Source: an uncultured Myxococcales bacterium
GTDB taxonomy: Bacteria; Myxococcota; UBA4151
Length of the DNA stretch: 42,634 bases
Assembly (NCBI GenBank): GCA_964013405.1
Contig: CAXGWI010000016.1
Span: 1 to 42,634 of the forward strand
Direction of reading: 5' to 3'
In this document: piece by piece, positions 26,217 to 36,331 of the stretch
Numbering within the stretch: position 1 is the stretch's first letter
Layout of the letters: each line of letters begins with the position of its first letter
The notes under the pieces: generated by a model
The model's input: the letters and a program-made list of their open reading frames with translations, nothing else
Databases searched by the model: none
Told to the model about the DNA's origin: nothing
Program-made: the position numbers and the translations under genes

Positions 26217-29200
26217 ATGCAAAAGTCCTCTGGGATGATTCTTCTGCTCACAGCCGTGGTTCTCAGCGGTTGTGCCCAATCCCTCGGTGATATCGACCGA
26301 ACACGTGACAACAAGGTCCAGAAATCCTGGCTAGATGGCCACTGGCGGATGTTGTCGACGGTCGTCGATGTGCCGGCGCAAACCACCCACAGCTTCATCG
26401 GTCTGCAAGGCGAGCCGGAGCGCATCGTCTTTGAGATTCAGGAGTCGACGCTCTACGCCTACCGCGTGCACGAGCACGTGGAGGGGGCCGAAGCGTTCGG
26501 CGCTCGTCCGGGGACGACCTACCGAGGTGCCGCTGTGGCTGCCTTCCCCATCGAGCGCCATTTCGATGTGAAGCGAAGCTACAACCCGGGGACCGGTGAA
26601 CAAACCAACGTGCTGTCCGAGAACGGCTCGGACCGGCCCTGGAACGAGCGGGAATGGATCCGCGTGAACTGGGGAAGCAACGGTATCTCGGATTTGACCT
26701 TCGGGCCGGCGAACTTCCGCCTGACCGCAGGCAGCACCATGGTGATGCCCCACGAAGACGAGGCCGGTGCACTGGAGATCGCAGAGGATCACATCATGGT
26801 GACCACTCGCTTGATGGTTGCGGCAGTCAACAGCGCGTCCTGCCACATGAACCCTTGGGGCGGCGTCGACATTTACGATGACAACAAAATGGACTGCGAG
26901 CCTCAAGAGGTGCGGGTACGTACCAGCTTCGTGAAGGTCGACGAGGAAGAAGAAGCCAAATACGAGCCCCTTCCCTACGATGACCAGCACTACAACAAGT
27001 TCGGTATCTTCCGGGTCAACCGCTACGCCTACAACCGGGACTATGGGGTCCGTGAGCCCAATAGCCAGTACCGGGCGAACCGCTGGCACATCTGGGAGCG
27101 CAGTTTGGACGAGAACGGTAACAGCATTCCCTATGCGGACCGGACGCCCAAGCCCATCGTCTACTGGCTCAACGCCGAGTTCCCCTACGAGAATCAAAGT
27201 CTCGTGGACGGTACCATTGAGGTGGAACGCCAATGGGACGAAACCTTCAGAGGTGCGGTGGCCGCAGCGCAAGGGATCGATCTCGCCGACGTGGATACCC
27301 AGATGTTCGTCATCTGCGAAAACCCGGTGCCCGAGGGGCTTTCCGACTCGAAGATGGGTCGCCGCCCCCATGAGGCCTGTGGTGAGCCGGGGCTGAGCCC
27401 CATTCTAGGCGATCTGCGCTACCCGCTGATTAACTGGGTGGGTCAAACCCACCTCAGCTCGCCACTGGGCTACGGCCCGAGTGTGGCGGATCCGCTGACG
27501 GCTCGTCTGGTTCACGGCGTGGCGAACATCTACGGAGGTTCGCTGATGACCTACGGTGCTTATGCAACCGACCTGGTGAAGCTGCTCAATGGCGACTTGG
27601 AGATGGAAGACTTCATCGGCGACTACTACGACAATCTCCTCAATGGCGAGAGTCAGGGCTTGGTCGCCCACCGGGCCTTGGGTGATGCCCAACTGAAAGA
27701 AGACTCGTCCCGCCGGCAACTGAACCGCCTTGTCGCGAACCTGCGGGAGCACGTGGCTGCGGGGGATTTGGATCGGGACTGGGCCCGTGAGCGCGCGGAG
27801 CGAGTCCGGGGAACACCCCGGGAGATGGATGGTCTCACCGAAGAGATGATCCAGGCATTTACCGGTGGCGCCATGGCCCCTGACCACGACGATCGAGCTC
27901 AACTTTCGCCAGTTCATATGATCGGCAAAGACCTGCGGGCCAAGCAGCGGGCCAAGGAGCGCCTCCATGCCCGTCATGGTTGCATCTACGCACCCCAGTT
28001 TACTGACGAAGCCATGTTGATTGCAGCCCAGCGCCTGCGGAATGACACTCGTCTCCAGCGGGGCGGTCAGCCGGACTACGACCTGATTCGGGAGCAAGTC
28101 CTCAAAGAGATCTACGTGGCGGTGACGCTGCACGAGCTGGGCCACACCTTCGGTATGGCTCACAACTTCGCTGCTTCTCAGGACCCGCTGAACTACCATG
28201 ATGAGTACTGGGTCCTGCGAACCCAGAATGGTGACGTCGAGCCCTTCTTTACGATGGCTCCTGGCGCCCGTGACGCAGCCATGAACGTGACCAACCGGGA
28301 CGGTCATGGGCTGCGAGACTATCAGTACACCTCCATCATGGAATATGGTCGGCGCTGGATGAGTGATGTGTCCGGCCTCGGTAAATATGATCGGGCTTGG
28401 ACCAAGTATTCTTACGCCAACACCGTAGAGGTTTGGAACGTCGAGGGAACGTCCCAGGCGAGCTATGCTGGCCTCCGGGACAAATTAGGCGTCTACGAGT
28501 ATCATTACTCGAACTATCCCCGCATGTTCCGCTTCGGTCGCAACATCAACGACGCCGCGGCGACGATGAACTTCCAGCAACGGCGCGATGTGCCCTGGTC
28601 TGAGGTGGGAACAGGCGAGGGGCAACTCACCCCTGATATGGAAGTGCCATACCGCTTCTGTGATAACACCCACGATGGCCGTTTCGGCTGGTGCCGGCCC
28701 TTTGATGAGGGAGCCGACCAGTGGGAGCAGGTTCGAGCCGACGTCATGGATTACGAGGGCTACTACCCACTCTACAACTTCCGTCGCAGCCGACTCGGCT
28801 GGGGCAATGTGAATGGCTATATCAACCGCCTGCTGAGCCGCTTCGAAGGCATTGGCGCCCAGTACAAGCACTTCGTCAATGAGCAGATGTTCATTCGTGG
28901 TGATCGGGATTGTGTCGATCCGGTAACGGGTCGGGTCGTGACGGTGAACGGGCAAGCGGCGAAGCAGTACGAGAGTTCGGTCTGTGGTGGTGACGGCCTC
29001 GCTGCTAGCCTCCTTGGCTTCGATCTCTTCGCCCGGATTCTGCAGCGTCCCGATTTGGGGACCTACATCTGGAACGAAGAGGAACAGGCCTACGAGGGCT
29101 GGGACCTGCGGAACCTCAACAGCCAGTTGCCCGACGCCGAAGATTTTCCAGAATACGATCTCGATCGGAACTTCCGCCTTTATGACGAGCCGGGCCGTGA

Positions 29201-30269
29201 CCATGAGACCCGCTACGAGCGGGAGAAAGATGGTTACGGGTTCTATTACAAGCCCCGGAGCCTCGGCGTTTGGTGGGACAAGTACATGGTGTTGAACGCC
29301 ATGATCTCCCCGGGGGAAAACTTCGCCTATGTGGATGACCGCCCCGACCTCCTGAAGTATCGGATGAACTGGTCCATGATGTTCGGTCCTGAGATGCTGA
29401 ACCTGGCCGGCGGCATTGCGACGCGTAGCTACGATGCCTACGCACCGCGCTACAACGAAGCCACCGGCGAGGTGGTCTGGCGGAGTTTCACCACCGGTGA
29501 CGAGGCCGATGAGGTGGCCAATAATGCCTATCCGGTCATTAATCCCGGCGATAACTACACCGTCCGTTTGATCAGCATCATCATGGGCTCGGCCTGGATG
29601 CCCCAAGTCAGCATGGACAAGAGCTTCAACGAAGCCTTCAAGATTGGCATCGTCGGTGCTGTGGACGGTTTCGAGGTGCCGGACTCCATCAAGAGCAACC
29701 CCGATGCGTATGTTGAACTGACGGATCCGATTACCTATCGTACTTTCTACGCGGTCAACACGGGTGCCCTGGGTGACCGCTATCGTCAGACCATCGGTGG
29801 TGCACCCCCCGTTTCCGCTGGTTACACGATCCTGAAGAAGATCAAGGATCTGTATTACGACGAGAACGGTAATTTCCGGGCCGACAAGCTGCAGTTGGAG
29901 GCGGAGAGTCGCCTTGAGGATGAGATTGCCGATGCCGAAGAGGAGCTCATCGGGATTGCGGACACTGTTCAGGTTTGCACCGAAGCGGGCGACGACTGCT
30001 ATCAGCACGAAGAGCTCAGCATGCTCTACGATGAGGGGGAGCAAGCGGTCTGCACCGAAGCTGCCACGAACTGTAGCCTCGCCTGCCTGGATGAAGGCAG
30101 TCGTGATTGCCGCCGGTTAAGGCGGCGAGCTGAGAGTCAGGCTCAAAACGTGCTCGGTCCCCAGCGGGCTGAGGAGGCAGCGGCCTTCAGCCTGCGTGCT
30201 TCGCTCCACAATGAGTTCTATTTCCCCGAAATGATTCGTGGCTGGGTCCACATTTATGAAAACTACTAA
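26217..30269 (+). CDS. Giant metzincin zinc-metalloprotease lipoprotein, paralogue A (1350 aa)
   Basis: Lipobox LSG-C; HELGHTFGMAH (28131-28163, HEXXHXXGXXH); Met-turn YTSIMEY; PKPIVYWL and YRFC motifs. Confidence 0.88.
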   Translation: MQKSSGMILLLTAVVLSGCAQSLGDIDRTRDNKVQKSWLDGHWRMLSTVVDVPAQTTHSFIGLQGEPERIVFEIQESTLYAYRVHEHVEGAEAFGARPGTTYRGAAVAAFPIERHFDVKRSYNPGTGEQTNVLSENGSDRPWNEREWIRVNWGSNGISDLTFGPANFRLTAGSTMVMPHEDEAGALEIAEDHIMVTTRLMVAAVNSASCHMNPWGGVDIYDDNKMDCEPQEVRVRTSFVKVDEEEEAKYEPLPYDDQHYNKFGIFRVNRYAYNRDYGVREPNSQYRANRWHIWERSLDENGNSIPYADRTPKPIVYWLNAEFPYENQSLVDGTIEVERQWDETFRGAVAAAQGIDLADVDTQMFVICENPVPEGLSDSKMGRRPHEACGEPGLSPILGDLRYPLINWVGQTHLSSPLGYGPSVADPLTARLVHGVANIYGGSLMTYGAYATDLVKLLNGDLEMEDFIGDYYDNLLNGESQGLVAHRALGDAQLKEDSSRRQLNRLVANLREHVAAGDLDRDWARERAERVRGTPREMDGLTEEMIQAFTGGAMAPDHDDRAQLSPVHMIGKDLRAKQRAKERLHARHGCIYAPQFTDEAMLIAAQRLRNDTRLQRGGQPDYDLIREQVLKEIYVAVTLHELGHTFGMAHNFAASQDPLNYHDEYWVLRTQNGDVEPFFTMAPGARDAAMNVTNRDGHGLRDYQYTSIMEYGRRWMSDVSGLGKYDRAWTKYSYANTVEVWNVEGTSQASYAGLRDKLGVYEYHYSNYPRMFRFGRNINDAAATMNFQQRRDVPWSEVGTGEGQLTPDMEVPYRFCDNTHDGRFGWCRPFDEGADQWEQVRADVMDYEGYYPLYNFRRSRLGWGNVNGYINRLLSRFEGIGAQYKHFVNEQMFIRGDRDCVDPVTGRVVTVNGQAAKQYESSVCGGDGLAASLLGFDLFARILQRPDLGTYIWNEEEQAYEGWDLRNLNSQLPDAEDFPEYDLDRNFRLYDEPGRDHETRYEREKDGYGFYYKPRSLGVWWDKYMVLNAMISPGENFAYVDDRPDLLKYRMNWSMMFGPEMLNLAGGIATRSYDAYAPRYNEATGEVVWRSFTTGDEADEVANNAYPVINPGDNYTVRLISIIMGSAWMPQVSMDKSFNEAFKIGIVGAVDGFEVPDSIKSNPDAYVELTDPITYRTFYAVNTGALGDRYRQTIGGAPPVSAGYTILKKIKDLYYDENGNFRADKLQLEAESRLEDEIADAEEELIGIADTVQVCTEAGDDCYQHEELSMLYDEGEQAVCTEAATNCSLACLDEGSRDCRRLRRRAESQAQNVLGPQRAEEAAAFSLRASLHNEFYFPEMIRGWVHIYENY

Positions 30270-30285
30270 GGAAAGGAGGTCTAAG

Positions 30286-33200
30286 ATGCGTCGTCTACTC
30301 AACAGTTTCGCTTTGGTGATCCTCGCTTCCTGTGCCGGCGAGGTCGTGGATATCGACCGCACCGGACACGATGTGCTGCAAAAGGATATGTTCGTGGGTG
30401 AGTGGTATGCCCAATGGACCATCACCGACGTCCCCTACACCACGGGCTTTGCCTTCACCGGCTACGGGGGCCAGTTGGACCGGATCAAGTGGGCCATCGA
30501 GAAGGGTCAACTGGTCGCTCGCCGCTCCTATGAGTTCACCGAAGGCACCGATGCGCCGAACATGCGCGACGGGGCCGAGTGGGAAGGTGCCCCGCTCTAC
30601 GCCTTCCCGATTCGGGGTCACTTCGACCGGATGCGTGGCTACAACACCACCACCGGCGAGCAGAACAACGTGATCTCCGAGTCTTCCGCTGACTGTCAGT
30701 GGTACGAGTGTAAAGAGATGCGGGTGAACTGGGCTGGCGATGCCCGTCTCGGCGGTGACTTCGGGCAGTTCTATGTCCAGGGCTTCGACGAGAATGATCC
30801 CGATGCGCTCATCATCGACAAGGAAAACAACTACATCGAGGTGAACGTGCGGGCCTTCATGGCCCCCGAATTGGATCGGGAGCTCACCGAGTACTATGGC
30901 TTCCCGATTCCCAAGTGCTGGCTTTACTCCAATCCCTACTGGGACTGCCGAGGCCAAACTATCGGCGTGAAGATCGCGTTCACCCGTATGCCTCACGAGC
31001 CTGACACGACCGACGCCGACGGGAACGCGGTCGCCGGTGCGGTCAAAGAAACCTTCGCTCCTCTCGAATACGATGACCGCAAGCTGCAGCGCTTCGGTTA
31101 CTACCGCGTGACTCGTTTCCACTACGACGAGCATTATGGCTCCCGTGAGGCGAACCGGAAGCACTACGCCCGGATCTGGAACCTTTGGGAAACCAACTTC
31201 CGTGAGGATGGTAGCGTTCTGCCGATGGCCGAGCGGGATCCCAAGCCGATCGTCTACTATCTGAACCGCCAGTTCCCCGGCCTTCCAGAAGCGGCCCCAG
31301 GGAGCGTCGACTTGCTGTCGAGCGCACAAGAGGTAGCGGATCAATGGGATGCCGTTCTCGTCAAGGCCGCTGCCCAGGCGAAGGGGCTGGATGAAGCAGC
31401 TTTACGCGGCAGCATCCCAGCCTGTGCTGGTGGTGGCTGCGGTGAGCAGGGGCGCATGTTTGTGCTCTGCCGCAACAATCCAGTGGCTGAGGACGACCCG
31501 GCCGTTTGTGGGCCAGCCGGCACGGAGATTCGTCTCGGCGATCCCCGTTATAGCATGCTGTACTGGCAGCCGACGCCTCAGGCGGGCTCCCCCGGTGGCT
31601 TTGGCCCCATGCGTACGGATCCGGTCACCGGTGAGATCGTCAGCGCAACGTCCTATATCTACGGCGCCGGCTATGAGACCTACGCGGCCTACATCGTCGA
31701 CCTGATGCGCTTGCTGTTGGAAGAGACCGATATCGAGTCCTTCGAGAATGCCGAAGACCTGGTTGCCCAACTGCGGGCTTCTGAGTTGCGGCGCAAGGCG
31801 GCGCCAACAGCTCGCCTCTCCATCGAGGATATTCAGAACTCCCATCGTCATGAGCGGATTTTCGATAAGGGCCGGGAGTTGGCTGAACTGCATCGCAGCG
31901 GCGAGTTGATGGCTCAGAGCTTCGATGCGCGTATCGCACCCATCAAGGCCGACACCTCCCTCACCCGCGGCGTCCTCAACCGGGAGCTTCTCGTTCAAGC
32001 CATGGGCGGAACCCTGACTGGCGAAGAGCCAGACGAGTTGTTGGAAGAATACGATATGTTCTCCCTGGCTCGCCGGGTCTCGGAGCGTAATGAAGCCCGT
32101 CTCAAGCGAGCGGGAACGGAGTGCATCGACTTCAACCTTTTCACCGACGACGCGGTTCTGTTTATCGCCCGCCGCCTGATTCAGCGTGAGGACCTGCGCA
32201 CCGATGGCGCCCACGATTGGGACAAGATTCGGGCCCATCTCCTCAAGCGCCTCTTTGTCGCCACCGCACTCCACGAAGTGGGTCACAATGTGGGTCTGCG
32301 GCACAATTTCTCCGCCAGCACGGATGCCATGAATTACCATGACAGCTACTGGGACCTGAAGACCCAGTTGGGAATTCTCGATCCTGAGTTTGCCTTGCCG
32401 GCCGACGCACTTCGAGCCCTTGTGCAACAGACCGACGAGCATGGGGCCACGGTGCGGGAGTACCAATACAGTTCCGTCATGGATTACGGTGCCACTTGGT
32501 ATCAGGACCTCCAAGGCTTAGGTAAGTATGACCAAGCGGCGATCTCCTATGCTTATGCTAACCACGTCGAAGTCTTTGACTACGAAGACGCGGAGCGGCT
32601 CTTCCCGGCCGATCCAGCGAGCATCGTCGAGGGGCATAACCTCGGCTATGCCTATGCGTTCATGCCGAACAATTACCACTACATGGTTTATCCAAGGCTC
32701 CTAGCAGGCTTGCCCATCGATGCGCCGGTTCAAAACGGTATGATCAATGGGACCCCGGTGGCCGAGATTGCTGGACTGATTCGCCAGCGCCGCTGGGTGC
32801 CGGTGGACGCCAACGACCAAGTGGTTGGTGCGCCAGCAAAACTCCGCGTGCCCTACCGTTTCTGCTCTGATGAGTACGTGGGTGGTTCCAGTTATTGTCA
32901 CCGCTTCGATTCCGGTGCTGATGTCTACGAGACCGTGCGAGACCATATCGCTCGAGCTGAGGGCTACCGACCCCTGGCTGCGATCCGTCGTGGTCGAGCC
33001 GGTTGGCACCCGAATTTCACGGGCGGCTACATGGATCGGGCGATTCGGATCTACGACTTCCTGAGTCTCCAGTATAAGCACTTCGTGAATGAAGAGTTCA
33101 TCGTCCGTCGGGGCCAGGATTGCATCGACCCGTCGACTGGGCGCCCCATTTATCGCCGGAACGCGGATGGCTCACCCAACTTAAACGAACCGATCGCACA

Positions 33201-34290
33201 CTTTGTGGCGACGCCTTGTGGTCTCGAGCAGTATTACGCGGCGCTGACGGCCGGTGAGTTCTTCGTCAAGACGATCCAGCGGCCCGATACGGGGACCTAT
33301 TACTACGATACCGTCCGGGAAATGTACCGGAGCGATGTCGGCCCGGATGATCCGGGCATCGACGGCGACGACAGTATCACCCTCGATGGTGTGGGCGATT
33401 CGGCCAACGGTCATCTCACCCAATGGGATCCAGAGCGGGTCGGCTACTATAGTTTCATCAAACCGACCTACGCTGGGTTCTGGTTAGATAAGTGGGCGGC
33501 GATGAGCTACCTGACGGACACCACCAGCAACTTCATCGGTGTGGACGCAAGTAGCGACACCCGCTCTTTCTCCATCAACTTCCTGAACCTCTTTGGGGAC
33601 AATCTCCACCAGATCATCGCAGGGATGTTCTTGGGTGATCCTTCCCTCTACGGGCCCGCTTGGAACCCCAACAAGGACCCTGAGGATGCGGAAGACCCCT
33701 TCTTCTACAATCGTGAGCATTTGCTGACGAACAACCCAGAGTTCCCAGAGACCTACAAGTCGATTCACCCGGGCGACCGTTTCTTCATGCGCTACATTTC
33801 ACTGGTGATGGCCACTGCGTGGGCCGTGCAGGAAACCAACAACCGGGATATGAACCAGAACTTCAAGATCGCCTTGAAGGGCAGCAAAGATGATTTCGAG
33901 TTGTCCGATGAGGTTCGTCTCGATCCCGCCCGTTACATCGAGTTAACCGATCCGATCAGTCGTCGGATCTACTGGGCCGTGAAGACGGAACAGTTCGGTT
34001 ACTCACCGACACAAGATGGATACGTCTACGTGGCCGTGGGTCATGAACTACTTCGCCGGATTCGGGACACCTATTATGGTGAAGTGGATGCCGGCGACGG
34101 TGGCACGTACCTCGACTACAAGCCGGAACTCATCCAGCGCTTTAGTGATGACCTGGCTGAGCAGGATCCCAGTTTGGAAGGTGCAGTACTCGAGAACGCA
34201 GCTCGCGAGATGCTCGATCGAGAGGTTCACAACGAGTTCTTCTGGGTGAATCTGTTGCGCTCGATTGTCGATGCCTACGAGTTCTATTAG
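30286..34290 (+). CDS. Giant metzincin zinc-metalloprotease lipoprotein, paralogue B (1334 aa)
   Basis: RBS AAGGAGGT; lipobox LAS-C; HEVGHNVGLRH (32272-32304); Met-turn YSSVMDY; PKPIVYYL and YRFCSDE motifs. Confidence 0.88.
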   Translation: MRRLLNSFALVILASCAGEVVDIDRTGHDVLQKDMFVGEWYAQWTITDVPYTTGFAFTGYGGQLDRIKWAIEKGQLVARRSYEFTEGTDAPNMRDGAEWEGAPLYAFPIRGHFDRMRGYNTTTGEQNNVISESSADCQWYECKEMRVNWAGDARLGGDFGQFYVQGFDENDPDALIIDKENNYIEVNVRAFMAPELDRELTEYYGFPIPKCWLYSNPYWDCRGQTIGVKIAFTRMPHEPDTTDADGNAVAGAVKETFAPLEYDDRKLQRFGYYRVTRFHYDEHYGSREANRKHYARIWNLWETNFREDGSVLPMAERDPKPIVYYLNRQFPGLPEAAPGSVDLLSSAQEVADQWDAVLVKAAAQAKGLDEAALRGSIPACAGGGCGEQGRMFVLCRNNPVAEDDPAVCGPAGTEIRLGDPRYSMLYWQPTPQAGSPGGFGPMRTDPVTGEIVSATSYIYGAGYETYAAYIVDLMRLLLEETDIESFENAEDLVAQLRASELRRKAAPTARLSIEDIQNSHRHERIFDKGRELAELHRSGELMAQSFDARIAPIKADTSLTRGVLNRELLVQAMGGTLTGEEPDELLEEYDMFSLARRVSERNEARLKRAGTECIDFNLFTDDAVLFIARRLIQREDLRTDGAHDWDKIRAHLLKRLFVATALHEVGHNVGLRHNFSASTDAMNYHDSYWDLKTQLGILDPEFALPADALRALVQQTDEHGATVREYQYSSVMDYGATWYQDLQGLGKYDQAAISYAYANHVEVFDYEDAERLFPADPASIVEGHNLGYAYAFMPNNYHYMVYPRLLAGLPIDAPVQNGMINGTPVAEIAGLIRQRRWVPVDANDQVVGAPAKLRVPYRFCSDEYVGGSSYCHRFDSGADVYETVRDHIARAEGYRPLAAIRRGRAGWHPNFTGGYMDRAIRIYDFLSLQYKHFVNEEFIVRRGQDCIDPSTGRPIYRRNADGSPNLNEPIAHFVATPCGLEQYYAALTAGEFFVKTIQRPDTGTYYYDTVREMYRSDVGPDDPGIDGDDSITLDGVGDSANGHLTQWDPERVGYYSFIKPTYAGFWLDKWAAMSYLTDTTSNFIGVDASSDTRSFSINFLNLFGDNLHQIIAGMFLGDPSLYGPAWNPNKDPEDAEDPFFYNREHLLTNNPEFPETYKSIHPGDRFFMRYISLVMATAWAVQETNNRDMNQNFKIALKGSKDDFELSDEVRLDPARYIELTDPISRRIYWAVKTEQFGYSPTQDGYVYVAVGHELLRRIRDTYYGEVDAGDGGTYLDYKPELIQRFSDDLAEQDPSLEGAVLENAAREMLDREVHNEFFWVNLLRSIVDAYEFY

Positions 34291-35587
34291 TCACCGGCTT
34301 CTCCTGAGCCTGTGTTTGGGGCTCCTTGCCGCCTGTCCCGGCGGTGAGGAGGTCCCGGACGCTGGCCCGGAGGAGATCGTCACGGTTCACGGGCGACCCG
34401 GAGAGCAGCCGCTTGAGGTGCCGGACTCCGTTCCCCTGGATCAACTCTGCGCCTACTTGTCCGAGAGTCTTTGCGACTTTATCGCCCGCTGTGATCCTAC
34501 CGCACCGTTTTTGCGGGTAGAGAGTTGCCGTGCGGACGAGAACATCGGCACAGCTCGGTGTTTAGGAGAGATTCAATACCCCATCGAAAAGCGCGTCGCA
34601 GCGGGGTCCGTGCGTTATCGAGGTGACCGAGTCACAGCTTGCCTTCGTGCTCTCGACCTCGAACAGTGCCTGGGCGCGAATGATCTGCCCGCCTGTGACC
34701 CCGTGCAGTTCACCGAGGGGCTCCAGCCACGCAGTAGCTGCTGTTTTGATACCAGCGAGTGCAGTGATGGGGTTTGTCGCGACCGGGGTGGTGGCGGCAC
34801 GGATCGGGGCCGCTGTGGTGCCTCCCTTTCCATTGGGGCCTCCCCCTGCTTCTCAAATCCTGATTGTGAAGAGGGCAGTACCTGTGTCCGCGGAACCTGT
34901 GTCGCACAGAGCTCGGAAGGACAAGACTGCGGTCCCTTCAAGGCCGATTGCCAGCCTGGACTCCATTGCGCCGGGGAGTCTGGCTCCGAACAGTGCCAGG
35001 CACCGGCTTCTCGAGGCGCTCGTTGTGGTTATGACAACACGGAGTTCCCCCCTTGTGAGCGCAGCCTGGCCTGTCGGCCGGTGGATGGGCGGAACTTTGG
35101 GATTTGTGGCGATTACCTCCAAGAGGGGGAGAACTGCGACGAGGGAACGATCGCTTGCTCTCCTGGGCTGCGCTGTACCTCCCCCCGTGGTGGTGGGCGC
35201 TATGCCTGCACCTACATGAGCTTCGGTGGTGCCGGGGACCCTTGCGAGAATGGGACAGGGACGACGCGCTGCGATTCGAGGACGTGGTGTGAGACGGAGC
35301 GTGGCTCGACCGACGGAATCTGCGCAGCCTTTCCCGGGGTTGGTGAACCCTGCGATGGCTTGCGGGACTGTCGAAATGGTTGGTGCCGGCCTGCGAGCTG
35401 TGCCGATCCAGGCGGCCTTTGCCGGCTCGGCGGTGCGGGGACCTGCGAGTCCTACCTCGCCATCGAGACGCCCTGTGTGGACAGTCGTCAATGCGGCCCA
35501 ATCATGGGGGGCAAGATCTGCAAGACACCGGCTGAGGGTGGCGGGAAGACTTGTGCCGTGGAGCAGGCCGTTCAGGTTTGCGAATGA
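34271..35587 (+). CDS. Cysteine-rich lipoprotein (myxobacterial-type disulfide-rich repeats)
   Basis: Lipobox LAA-C; repeated G..C....C..GL.C modules; overlaps the upstream stop by 20 nt. Confidence 0.8.
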   Translation: MPTSSISHRLLLSLCLGLLAACPGGEEVPDAGPEEIVTVHGRPGEQPLEVPDSVPLDQLCAYLSESLCDFIARCDPTAPFLRVESCRADENIGTARCLGEIQYPIEKRVAAGSVRYRGDRVTACLRALDLEQCLGANDLPACDPVQFTEGLQPRSSCCFDTSECSDGVCRDRGGGGTDRGRCGASLSIGASPCFSNPDCEEGSTCVRGTCVAQSSEGQDCGPFKADCQPGLHCAGESGSEQCQAPASRGARCGYDNTEFPPCERSLACRPVDGRNFGICGDYLQEGENCDEGTIACSPGLRCTSPRGGGRYACTYMSFGGAGDPCENGTGTTRCDSRTWCETERGSTDGICAAFPGVGEPCDGLRDCRNGWCRPASCADPGGLCRLGGAGTCESYLAIETPCVDSRQCGPIMGGKICKTPAEGGGKTCAVEQAVQVCE

Positions 35588-36330
35588 TCGACCTCCACAC
35601 CCATATCCTTCCCGGTATCGATGATGGCCCTACAGATTGGGAGGAGAGTCTAGGCCTCGCCCGGGCTCTGGTTGCAGCCGGGGTGAAGGAAGTGGCGGCG
35701 ACCAGCCATATCAAGCCCCCGACTTGGGATAACCGATCGGTGGGACTGGCCGAATTGCGCCAGCAACTCCAGGACCGGCTCACAGAGGAGGGGCTCTCTC
35801 TGCAGATCCACCCGGGCGCAGAGCACTGGTGGTGCGGCAGCGTTCTTGACCGCTTGGTGCAGGGGGGTGGGCAGCCCTACGGGACCGGTACGGCAGCGCT
35901 GCTCGAGTTCCACCCTCTGGAGGGCCCTCGCCTTTTTGAACAGCGGCTCGATCGGCTGTGGAGCCATGGCATTGTGGTCGTGCTCGCTCACGTCGAACGC
36001 TACAAGATTTTTGAGGGGCGGTCGGGCTTCCGGCGTCTCTCAGGTCTCGTGGACAAGGGCCTGGTGGCCCAGGTGAACCTCGGTAGTCTCGGTCGCGGCT
36101 TTGGTTGGTCTCGCGGGGGCGCCGCCAAGAAAATGGTTCAAGCCGGTCTCGTCGGACTCGTGTGTGGTGATTGTCACCGGGCCCAAGATGTTGCCCCTGC
36201 CTATGACCGTGGCCTGAAAGCCCTTGAGAAGATCGGTGGCTCGGCCGCAGTCGAGCGCTTGCTTTCTCGTAATCCTCGACGCCTTCTCGAGGGCATCGAA
36301 GTCGACCCTTGGTCGCCGCCCCAATACTGA
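35584..36330 (+). CDS. PHP-family protein-tyrosine phosphatase (CpsB/CapC/YwqE-like)
   Basis: MIDLHTHILPGIDDG, ATSH, PGAE, LAHVERY, QVN.GSL, GDCH, NP; ATGA overlap. Confidence 0.9.
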   Translation: MIDLHTHILPGIDDGPTDWEESLGLARALVAAGVKEVAATSHIKPPTWDNRSVGLAELRQQLQDRLTEEGLSLQIHPGAEHWWCGSVLDRLVQGGGQPYGTGTAALLEFHPLEGPRLFEQRLDRLWSHGIVVVLAHVERYKIFEGRSGFRRLSGLVDKGLVAQVNLGSLGRGFGWSRGGAAKKMVQAGLVGLVCGDCHRAQDVAPAYDRGLKALEKIGGSAAVERLLSRNPRRLLEGIEVDPWSPPQY

Positions 36331-36331
36331 C

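Noticed and set aside
25968..26279. Apparent head-to-head overlap of the Kelch and metzincin A ORFs in the track
   Set aside because: Signal peptides and RBS place the real starts at 26114 (-) and 26217 (+), so there is no overlap
26331..33768. Long antisense ORFs (300-519 aa) opposite the metzincin genes
   Set aside because: Same codon-bias shadow effect; the plus-strand genes carry all the motifs
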